The notes under the pieces are model-generated. The model made no database searches, was not told the origin of the DNA, and saw only the letters and a program-made list of their open reading frames with translations. DNA of 34,901 nucleotides from Bradymonadales bacterium. Lineage in GTDB: Bacteria > Bdellovibrionota > UBA2394. Where the stretch lies: the NCBI GenBank assembly GCA_007693605.1, contig REDG01000063.1, forward strand, positions 1 through 34,901, written 5' to 3'. How positions within the stretch are numbered: position 1 is the first letter of the stretch; every line of letters starts with the position of its first letter. Shown here in pieces: positions 1 to 7,529 of the stretch. The position numbers and the translations under genes are program-made.

Positions 1-176
1 ACAGCTGTAGACGGTACTATAGGCATCTTTGCTCTCGAAGGCTGCGCACTGCTCGAAGCTTCATTCGCTCGGGTACTCGCTCACCGTAAATTGGGGTTCG
101 AATCCCTCCCTCTCCGAGTTCTTCCTCGCTTCTTAGCTTCTCACAGGTATAGATGGTGCTATAGGCATCTTTGCTC
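1..176 (+). repeat. Imperfect 34-bp direct repeat (1-34 and 143-176), period 142 bp
   Basis: ACAGCTGTAGACGGTACTATAGGCATCTTTGCTC vs ACAGGTATAGATGGTGCTATAGGCATCTTTGCTC, 30/34 identical. The first copy may be truncated by the window edge. Confidence 0.85.
93..116 (+). other. tRNA 3'-end fragment (T-arm plus acceptor 3' strand), tRNA-Ser-like; possible att-site remnant
   Basis: GGGGTTCGAATCCCTCCCTCTCCG = T-loop TTCGAAT, CCCTC, acceptor strand CCTCTCC and discriminator G, typical of tRNA-Ser. There is no matching 5' half (GGAGAGG) upstream in the window and no CCA. Confidence 0.75.
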
Positions 177-252
177 CCTGGCATGCCCTTGCAATCATTA
201 ATGTTGAGGGCGTGACATCTCACAACATCCTCAGAAAGGATAAGTGGCTTTT

Positions 253-331
253 ACATGAAATTATTAAATAATAATAAAAACATGTTGCTTCTGGCTACCC
301 TATGTTATTATTAATTCCTAATAACAACATG
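253..331. promoter_or_regulatory. AT-rich promoter with inverted repeats, putative AbiEi operator
   Basis: ATGTTATTATTA-N5-TAATAACAACAT (302-313/319-330, 11/12). A second weaker IR has ACATG/CATGT ends and TTATTA/TAATAA (253-285). Extended -10-like TGtTATTAT at 303-311. Confidence 0.55.
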
Positions 332-988
332 AATAAATCATCCAAAAAACCAAGGCCGAAGGGCCCAGAAAGGCAGGGCAAGCTTTATGAGATTGCCGCC
401 TCGCAGGAGGGATATTTTACTCCGAAGCAGGCTGAAGCCTGTGGCTATAGTAAGTACAATCATCCGTATCATGTCACTAAAGGCGCATGGGTTCGCGAAG
501 GCCGAGGGATCTATCGCCTCAAACTCTTTCCAACAGATCAGGTAAGAGGGCAGCTCGTTCGCTATTCCCTCTGGTCACGTGGGGCTGATGATAAGCCTCA
601 GGGAGTTTATTCACACGAGACGGCTCTCAGCATCTACGAGCTTTCCGATCTAATGCCATCAAAGCTTCATATGACAGTGCCTAAAAAATTTCGAAAGTGG
701 GCAGAGACGCCGAAAATTCTTAAACTTTACCACGGCGACCTCGACTCGACCGATATCGAGACAAAGCGAGGTTTTCGCGTTACCAAACCACTTCGCACAC
801 TTCTTGATCTCATAGAAGCAAATGGAACCTCTCCTGAATTCATAGAGCAAGGGCTTAACGAGGCTATCGCGCGAGGCCTTATTCGACTGAAAGAGCTTAA
901 ATCTCAAAAAATTCCTGAAGATGTTAGAAAGAAATTTATCAAATGGATAGGGCCAAACAAGAGACGCGCGCTGGAGAACCTTGGATGA
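329..988 (+). CDS. abiEi: Type IV toxin-antitoxin antitoxin, AbiEi family transcriptional regulator
   Basis: N-terminal wHTH-like segment (AASQEGYFT...QA...G...GIYRL), SHETAL and RVTKPLRTLLDL motifs. Coupled (ATGA) to a nucleotidyltransferase. Start 329 preferred over 302. Confidence 0.85.
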   Translation: MNKSSKKPRPKGPERQGKLYEIAASQEGYFTPKQAEACGYSKYNHPYHVTKGAWVREGRGIYRLKLFPTDQVRGQLVRYSLWSRGADDKPQGVYSHETALSIYELSDLMPSKLHMTVPKKFRKWAETPKILKLYHGDLDSTDIETKRGFRVTKPLRTLLDLIEANGTSPEFIEQGLNEAIARGLIRLKELKSQKIPEDVRKKFIKWIGPNKRRALENLG

Positions 989-1854
989 CTAGAATCAAAG
1001 AATATAAAATAGCGTCCGCTTTTCGGTCAGCTATTGAAGATCGGTTGAAAACAATTTCTGAAAAAGAAAAGGTAGATATTCAACGACTCCGTCGTCAGTT
1101 TGCCTTTGATCGGCTACTCGCGCGGCTGTTTCGAGGCGGATCTCCGCCTTGGATTCTAAAGGGTGGCTATGCCATGCAACTTCGAACCACTCAATCACGT
1201 ACCACAAAAGACATAGATCTTGCGATCCAAGAGACAAAATTGTTTTCTGGAGATTCTGAACACCAATTACTTCTCGAAAAACTTCGGGACAAAGCAGAAG
1301 TGGATCTAAAAGACTTTTGCTTGTTTCAGATCACCGGCCCGATTATGGATTTGGATGCCGCCCCTTATGGTGGTGCTCGCTTTCATATCAATCTTATTTT
1401 GGATGACAGGTCTTTTGAAAAATTTCACTTAGACATAGGAATTGGCGACGCCGTTATCGAGCCTCTCGACGAGCTTACTCCTCGAAACTGGCTTGATTTT
1501 GCAGGATTTGAATCTCAAAAGTATCCGAGTCTTTCAAAAGAGCAGCAACTTGCTGAGAAGATCCACGCTTACACATTACCGCGATCCTCTGATCGGGAGA
1601 ACTCGCGAGTAAAGGATCTCATCGACATGTTGCTTTTCATAGAACTGAATTCGCTCAATTTAAAGTTTTTGAAAACCGCAATTGATGAAACCTTTAAACA
1701 ACGAGAGACTCACAACTTTAAGCCCGAGCTTCCTCAGCCACCCGCTTCATGGGCACGACCTTTTGCAAAACTAGCGAAGGAGTGCAGCCTTACGACGGAT
1801 CTTGAAAAAGCCTACGAAATTGTTCGAACTTATGTTTTGAGACTTAACCTCTAG
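985..1854 (+). CDS. abiEii: Type IV TA toxin, AbiEii/AbiGii-family nucleotidyltransferase
   Basis: ILKGGYAM, RTTKDIDL, AEKIHA and SRVKDLID motifs. ATG at 985 overlaps the abiEi TGA. Confidence 0.9.
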   Translation: MTRIKEYKIASAFRSAIEDRLKTISEKEKVDIQRLRRQFAFDRLLARLFRGGSPPWILKGGYAMQLRTTQSRTTKDIDLAIQETKLFSGDSEHQLLLEKLRDKAEVDLKDFCLFQITGPIMDLDAAPYGGARFHINLILDDRSFEKFHLDIGIGDAVIEPLDELTPRNWLDFAGFESQKYPSLSKEQQLAEKIHAYTLPRSSDRENSRVKDLIDMLLFIELNSLNLKFLKTAIDETFKQRETHNFKPELPQPPASWARPFAKLAKECSLTTDLEKAYEIVRTYVLRLNL

Positions 1855-1855
1855 A

Positions 1856-1891
1856 ATCAAAACGCGGGCACTCTGGGGCCCATGTTTTGAT
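1856..1891. terminator. Hairpin immediately after abiEii, possible terminator
   Basis: ATCAAAACGCGGGC-N8-GCCCATGTTTTGAT imperfect stem between convergent genes. Confidence 0.4.
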
Positions 1892-2027
1892 CCTCGCCTT
1901 TCTACTCAAGATAAATAAATAATTTTGGAATTTCAAAAATTTAGCCACGACGCCCGCCACTGATTTTGCCCCTCTAATGAGGATAACGGGGGACGGGAGA
2001 CAGAAGTGCCTGACCCCCATCGACCCC

Positions 2028-3176
2028 TCAGCTCTCGATCTGATCTCTGATCTCTTTGACTTCAGCTTCAAAATTATCGGGGGTCATGAGTACGAGTTGA
2101 GCGGTCGGAAAGCTCTCTTTAAATCTTTGAAGTCCTGAGGTTTCTTTGCCGTGGCCCCACTTTACTTCAATTGCCCAAAGTTTTTTTCCAAATCTGAGGA
2201 TGTAATCGACCTCACAGTTTTTCTCTCTCCAATAAAAAAGCTCGCCCGGCAGTTGAAGAAGTAAATTTCCGACGACCACCTCAAAGGCCCTCCCATAATC
2301 TGACTGATCATAGTCAGCATCTAGAGTGATCGAATAGAGCGCCGGGCACATGGTCAAAATCTTTGGAGATGAACTCCGAGACAGGGTCTTTTTACTTGAA
2401 TACTTAAACAACTGTCGCAGCAGGAAGGCTTGTTCGAATAGCTCAAGATAGTGCTTTATCAGCTCGGTGTTTCCCTTCTCTTGAAGCTGCCCCAGTAGTT
2501 TCGTATAGCTGATTTCTTGTCCTGCATAGGAGCATGCGATATCGAAGCATTGCTTGAAGAGGGCGGGTGATTTCACTCGAGCAATCGATAGAATGTCTTT
2601 TCCGATGACCGGATCAATGATCGAATTCCTGATGTAATCCATCCACTCGAGTTTGTTTCGCATAAACTCGTAGCTGCCGGGATATCCCCCATACTTAAGA
2701 TAGTCCTCAAGCTCGAGTTGATAGGCCGCCGAACTTTCATCAAAGTTCCAATGAAAGACTTGATGAAGAAGAAAGCGCCCCGCCAGGCTTTCTTGAAGGC
2801 CTTGTTGAAGTTCAAGTGAGCTCGAACCCAAAAGAACGAACTGAAGACGATCCTCTTTTTCTCTTTCATCGTCCCATATCTTCTTTACGACCTCAGCCCA
2901 CTTCTCGACCTTCTGAACTTCATCAATCACGAGAAGGCCGGTCGCTGACCTACTCTTCGCATCAAGATATCGCTCGAGAAGCCACGAACCATCTTTCGAG
3001 ACATCCCCGTCTGCAGAGAAATAGAACGAAGGCCGCGATATCGAGCGAAGCAGCTGCCGTACGCCAGTCGTTTTACCCACTTGGCGCGGCCCAAGAACCA
3101 GCTGGATAAAACTAGGATGACGAGACAAGCTCAACTCAAGCGCAGAGACAAAGGATCGCTGATAGAGCTTCTTCAT
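2028..3176 (-). CDS. AAA+ ATPase (AAA_14, COG1373) with C-terminal DUF4143 PD-(D/E)xK-like domain
   Basis: Walker A GPRQVGKT, Walker B LLVIDEVQ, GSSSL, ESLAGR, GGYP, and C-terminal FE...EVDY...AIEVKW. Confidence 0.9.
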   Translation of the reverse strand: MKKLYQRSFVSALELSLSRHPSFIQLVLGPRQVGKTTGVRQLLRSISRPSFYFSADGDVSKDGSWLLERYLDAKSRSATGLLVIDEVQKVEKWAEVVKKIWDDEREKEDRLQFVLLGSSSLELQQGLQESLAGRFLLHQVFHWNFDESSAAYQLELEDYLKYGGYPGSYEFMRNKLEWMDYIRNSIIDPVIGKDILSIARVKSPALFKQCFDIACSYAGQEISYTKLLGQLQEKGNTELIKHYLELFEQAFLLRQLFKYSSKKTLSRSSSPKILTMCPALYSITLDADYDQSDYGRAFEVVVGNLLLQLPGELFYWREKNCEVDYILRFGKKLWAIEVKWGHGKETSGLQRFKESFPTAQLVLMTPDNFEAEVKEIRDQIES

Positions 3177-3222
3177 TTTACTAGCTTAATCTAGTAAAAA
3201 TACTAGGTCAAGCTAGTGAAAA
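3177..3222 (-). promoter_or_regulatory. Sigma70 promoter (TTGACC-N17-TAAGCT-N6-ATG) overlapped by a 17-bp inverted repeat
   Basis: -35 at 3206-3211 and -10 at 3183-3188 on the minus strand. IR arms 3180-3196 and 3201-3217 match at 15/17. Confidence 0.7.
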
Positions 3223-3276
3223 GTGGATGGTTGATATTAATTAATAAATTCAATTACTTATGGATTCACGACTAGG

Positions 3277-3294
3277 GCAGATGGGCCCTTAGCG
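3277..3294 (+). repeat. Isolated arm of the intergenic repeat family (copy A)
   Basis: GCAGATGGGCCCTTAGCG vs GTAGATGGGCCCTTAGCG at 29628-29645 (17/18). Confidence 0.7.
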
Positions 3295-3310
3295 ACTCTC
3301 TCCCAAGGTT

Positions 3311-3439
3311 TCAGCTCTCGCGAGTCAAAGCAAACACCGTCCCCACAATGCTGAGTACAATGAACAAACCGAAGCCTGTGATAAACAAAATCTGCTCGTA
3401 AGACTGGGCCTGAACCATTGAGACCATCTCTTCAATCAT
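3311..3439 (-). CDS. Putative 42-aa single-pass membrane protein (below the ORF-track cutoff)
   Basis: ATG...TGA reads MIEEMVSMVQAQSYEQILFITGFGLFIVLSIVGTVFALTRES, with a 22-residue hydrophobic run. It lies 29 bp downstream of the S8 protease on the same strand. Confidence 0.6.
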   Translation of the reverse strand: MIEEMVSMVQAQSYEQILFITGFGLFIVLSIVGTVFALTRES

Positions 3440-3468
3440 GGCTTGTTTCTACTCTTGATGAACGGAAT

Positions 3469-5241
3469 TTACAATCCTGAAGAGCCGGCTGCCACCACGA
3501 AGACTTCGTTCGAGACTTCGAAATCCCAGTGATATCGTCCTCCCGACTTACCGTCTCGATTTCCGTCTAACTCTCGAAAGAACGGATCGTACAAAGAGCC
3601 GGGTTGAGCCTCTAGCCGATAGATCCCATCGGGCAGTCCCGACTCAACCTCGAGCCGAATCTGATTCGATCCCAGTCGATAAGTTTGATCGACAGAAAAG
3701 GGAATCACTTCAATCGCATTTCCCTTGTAGTCCACCCGAGACAGTAGCCAGGCCGCTTCGTTCTGGGCCGACTCCCTAGCGAGAATGCCTTGGAGCTTGA
3801 CCTCAACCCCAACCGCTCGTCTCTCAGAAAGATTCTGTTCGTAGGCCGCTCGCACTTGTCGCACTTGCGGGGGCCTTGCACGACCCACAACCGCTCTTAG
3901 GGCGTTCACTCGGCCAGCCCCCAATCCGTCTGCATACCTTGGGTTAAGTGAATCAATCGAATCCGTCGTTCCGTAAAGCTGTGCGACCACTTGTTCTCGC
4001 GTCCAAGTGGGATTCGCCGCCCAAATCAGAGCGGCCACCCCTGCGGCGACCGGGGTCGCCATACTGGTTCCGCTCATCGATTCATAGCGATTGCCCGGCA
4101 CGGTCGACAGAATGTCAGAACCGGGAGCACAAATGTCAATTCCCCTTCCCCAATTGCTGAAAGAGCTCAAACGATCTTCCCAGCCTTCACTAGTCTCTGT
4201 GCTACAAACCAAGATCAATGATTCGAAATGCCTTCTCTTTGGAGCCTGTTGCCTGTTGTTTCCCGCTGAGTTGAAGTGAATGGCCCCTGCCTGATCCACG
4301 AACTCCAGAGCCGCCTCAAATATCGGATCTCCAACAAAGGAATCAATATTGTAGCTAGTACTAATAATTCGTGCACCATTGTCGACGGCATATCGGTAAG
4401 ACTCTGCGATCATGACAGAGCTCCAAGAGCCTACGCCTGGGTCGTAAAACTTGATCGGCATAATTCTTGATTGTGGCGCCACGCCCGCAATTCCAACTCC
4501 GTTGTCCATCGCTCCGGCAATGATTCCTGCAACATGAGTTCCGTGATCGTTATAACCTCCCCAAAATGATTTAGTGGGGTTGGGATCGTTATTGTTCTGA
4601 ACAAAGTTCCAACCATGAATGTCATCGACATATCCGTTCTTGTCACTGTCGTGACCGTCTCTGACTTCCCCCTTGTTTTTCCAAATTTGAGATTTCAAGT
4701 CTTCATGCTGAAGGTCAACGCCATCATCCGTTACGGCCACCACCACATCTTCTGAACCCCGAATAAAGAGCCAGGCGTATCGAGCTTGAATGATGTCGAG
4801 ATAGCGCTGTTGAAAGAGAAAGGGATCATTCGGAGAATAGCCCCCCCGACTAGGTAACACTTCGCGGGCCTCGCCTTCATACTCATAGTTTTCACTGACC
4901 CACACCAACAGATCGGTCTTCTTGAGCTCTCTTAAAGTTTGAAAGACCGCTGCCTCCTTTTCAGGCCGCAAATGAATGAGGTGAACGAACTGCCCGCCCG
5001 CCTCTCTATTCACCAAGACGATTCGAGCAGATCTCGCGTCGAGAGGCCGAAGAGAGTGAGAACGGAGTTCTTGGTTCAGAGAATCGATCGTCGAGTGGCT
5101 CTGCTGCAAGCGAAGAGCGGCGACCAACTCTCCACTCTGACTCGACTTTCTAATGACCGCTGCGTGAAGGCCCCTCTGCGGCTGGATGGCCTCCAAAAGA
5201 AGCCAACAACTCAACAGGCCTAGGCCCAATAACTTACGCAT
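3469..5241 (-). CDS. Secreted S8 (subtilisin-like) serine protease with C-terminal beta-rich extension
   Basis: Catalytic triad motifs VAVTDDG, HGTHVAG and GTSMATP; oxyanion SAGN; signal peptide MRKLLGLGLL. GGAGGGG RBS before ATG 5241. Confidence 0.92.
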   Translation of the reverse strand: MRKLLGLGLLSCWLLLEAIQPQRGLHAAVIRKSSQSGELVAALRLQQSHSTIDSLNQELRSHSLRPLDARSARIVLVNREAGGQFVHLIHLRPEKEAAVFQTLRELKKTDLLVWVSENYEYEGEAREVLPSRGGYSPNDPFLFQQRYLDIIQARYAWLFIRGSEDVVVAVTDDGVDLQHEDLKSQIWKNKGEVRDGHDSDKNGYVDDIHGWNFVQNNNDPNPTKSFWGGYNDHGTHVAGIIAGAMDNGVGIAGVAPQSRIMPIKFYDPGVGSWSSVMIAESYRYAVDNGARIISTSYNIDSFVGDPIFEAALEFVDQAGAIHFNSAGNNRQQAPKRRHFESLILVCSTETSEGWEDRLSSFSNWGRGIDICAPGSDILSTVPGNRYESMSGTSMATPVAAGVAALIWAANPTWTREQVVAQLYGTTDSIDSLNPRYADGLGAGRVNALRAVVGRARPPQVRQVRAAYEQNLSERRAVGVEVKLQGILARESAQNEAAWLLSRVDYKGNAIEVIPFSVDQTYRLGSNQIRLEVESGLPDGIYRLEAQPGSLYDPFFRELDGNRDGKSGGRYHWDFEVSNEVFVVAAGSSGL

Positions 5242-5463
5242 TTTCCCCTCCCCCAAGGTTCAAATGAAAGAATCCCTAAGACTAGTCTATCGCAAGCCCG
5301 CTTCGTTCCCAAAGAAAAGCCGCTCCAGTGAAAAAAGAATTTTTCAGAGCCAGCGTGTTAGCGCGATGCGAAAATCTCGCTAAGCCCCTTGTGGAAGGCT
5401 CTCCGCTCAATACGGCCCTCATATTGACCGATCGCCCACTTTGCGACTAAAGCTTGAAGTCGA

Positions 5464-7134
5464 ATGTCTCTCAAGAGAAGCAATTTGAATTTGGCCAGAA
5501 GGTATCGCCCAAAGCTGCTGTCAGAGCTGACTGGCCAGGTCGCCGCCGTCAAGCTTTTGTCAGAAGCCATCGAGAAAGATCAGATCGCTCCAGCCTATTT
5601 GTTCTCTGGCCCTCGTGGTGTGGGCAAGACCAGCATGGCGAGAATATTTGCGCGCGCAGCCTGCTGCCTCTCAACCGACAGCTCACAAAGACCTTGCGGA
5701 AAGTGCCGCTCTTGCAAATTGATTGCAGAGTCTGGGTCTATGGATGTCTTAGAAATTGATGGCGCCTCTCACACCGGGGTCGATGATGTTCGAAATCTGA
5801 TTGATGCCGTTGCTTACCGGCCGAGTGTCGGAGCACGAAATGTCTACATCGTTGATGAAGTTCATATGCTTTCAACTGCAGCCTTTAACGCTCTATTGAA
5901 AACACTCGAAGAACCGCCTCGCCATGCTCTGTTTTTATTCGCCACAACAGAAATTGAGAAGATCCCCGCCACGATTCTCTCTCGCGTTCAACGCTTGGAA
6001 TTAAAGCGAATCAATGAGTCTGAAATTGTTTCAAACCTTCAGGGAATTTGTGAGCAAGAAGAGATTCAATACGAAGCCTCTAGTCTTCAGCAGATTGCCG
6101 TTGCTGCGGACGGATCTCTTCGTGATGCGCAAACTCTGATGGAGCAAATGATTTTGCTATCCGGAGAAAAAGTTGTCTCTCAAAGCATCGCCGACCAGTT
6201 TCTGGGCAGCATTGGTCCAGACAAAGAAGTGGCGCTCCTAGAACTAATAGCACATAAAGATCAGACAGCCCTTCTGTCTCAGCTTTCAGGCTTTCATGAG
6301 AAAGGCAAAGATCTGCTCGTTCTTGCAAATCGACTTTTGAAGTGGTGCCGCGCCTGCCTGATTTCGAAATCGACAAAAGACTGGAATCTTCTTTCAGCAG
6401 AATTCGACGGAAATCTGCTAAAGAGACTGGAGAAAGCTTTCGAAAAATGGACGATTGAAGACATCGACCGTCTGTTTGAAATTCTCTGGACGGCCAACGA
6501 GCGATTGAGGCGCTCTGACCAGGCCTTGATCGTATTAGAGATTGCCCTTCTTCGAGCTTGTCGCATGACCAGCAGTCTGGATTTAAGAGATTTGCTTGAT
6601 CGGCTCGATGAGCTGAGCATCGCGCAAGCCCAGGGGACAGGGCTTCCTGCTCCTGACACAGCAGTGCCGAGCAGCCGCCCCCATCAGCCGTCGATGCCTA
6701 AAAAGAAATCGCAAGCCCGATCAGCGGCCCAAGAGAAGCCCATCGAGAAACAAAGGTTCGAAACTTCTGATCAACTTCTTGAAGCCCTTAGAGGAGCAAA
6801 GCCCAGCCTTTACACACTCGCCCTTTGCGCGCAGAAACGAGAGTTGAAGTCTGGAGTGTGGAGTCTTTGCTACCCTCAGAATCATTTTGCCTACCGTCAA
6901 ATCTCTGAGCCTCTTATTCAAAAGGAGCTAAAGACTTTTCTTTCAGAGGCCTCTGAAAATCCTATTGATTTCAAAGTCATTGGCATAGAAGGGGCCGGCC
7001 CTCAAAAGGCCTCTGAGAAGAACTTCATACAGTCTGCAAAGAAAGAGATTTTAAGTGATCCAGACCTCCAACAAATCGCCAGTGAACTGAACGGAAGAGT
7101 GAGCGAGGTGACGATTGAAGGCATCAAGACTTAG
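5464..7134 (+). CDS. dnaX: DNA polymerase III subunit gamma/tau
   Basis: LARRYRP, GPRGVGKT, zinc module PCGKCRSC, EIDGASHTGVDD, DEVHMLS...AFNALLKTLEEPP. Confidence 0.97.
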   Translation: MSLKRSNLNLARRYRPKLLSELTGQVAAVKLLSEAIEKDQIAPAYLFSGPRGVGKTSMARIFARAACCLSTDSSQRPCGKCRSCKLIAESGSMDVLEIDGASHTGVDDVRNLIDAVAYRPSVGARNVYIVDEVHMLSTAAFNALLKTLEEPPRHALFLFATTEIEKIPATILSRVQRLELKRINESEIVSNLQGICEQEEIQYEASSLQQIAVAADGSLRDAQTLMEQMILLSGEKVVSQSIADQFLGSIGPDKEVALLELIAHKDQTALLSQLSGFHEKGKDLLVLANRLLKWCRACLISKSTKDWNLLSAEFDGNLLKRLEKAFEKWTIEDIDRLFEILWTANERLRRSDQALIVLEIALLRACRMTSSLDLRDLLDRLDELSIAQAQGTGLPAPDTAVPSSRPHQPSMPKKKSQARSAAQEKPIEKQRFETSDQLLEALRGAKPSLYTLALCAQKRELKSGVWSLCYPQNHFAYRQISEPLIQKELKTFLSEASENPIDFKVIGIEGAGPQKASEKNFIQSAKKEILSDPDLQQIASELNGRVSEVTIEGIKT

Positions 7135-7188
7135 AAATCTGAAGGCTTAGAAGGGCGAGAGGGATCTGACTGTGAGGGCTTCTCTGTT

Positions 7189-7512
7189 ATGACAACAAAA
7201 ATTTCGGTCCTATGGGTGACTTGCCCAACAGAAGAGAGCGCTGAAGAAATCGGACGCAGTCTTCTTGAAAAAAAGCTGGGGGCTTGTGTGCAAATTGAGG
7301 GGCCCATTCGAAGTCTCTACCCCTGGAAGGGCCAGCTTCAACAGGACTCAGAATGGCGTCTTTGGATCAAGACAAAATCAAGCTTAAATACTGAAATTAT
7401 TCAAGAAATTTGCCAACTTCATCCCTTTGAAGTTCCTCAAATTCTCAGTATGCCTATAGGGCAAGCTCTTCCCGCCTACGAGAAGTGGCTGCTCGAACAG
7501 ACCAAAGATTGA
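7189..7512 (+). CDS. cutA: Divalent-cation tolerance protein CutA
   Basis: VTCP...A...L...LGACVQ, SLYPWKG and HPFEVPQI motifs; 107 aa. Confidence 0.93.
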   Translation: MTTKISVLWVTCPTEESAEEIGRSLLEKKLGACVQIEGPIRSLYPWKGQLQQDSEWRLWIKTKSSLNTEIIQEICQLHPFEVPQILSMPIGQALPAYEKWLLEQTKD

Positions 7513-7529
7513 GTGAGAAAAATCAAAAC

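Noticed and set aside
40..120. Complete tRNA gene
   Set aside because: Only the T-arm and 3' acceptor strand are present; no complementary 5' acceptor strand, D-arm or anticodon arm can be folded.
1..3300. Prophage or complete integrative element
   Set aside because: No integrase, transposase, phage or conjugation genes are visible in the window.
6690..6715. Programmed -1 frameshift in dnaX (gamma subunit)
   Set aside because: The sequence is T AAA AAG, not the A AAA AAG heptamer, and I see no convincing downstream stimulatory hairpin.
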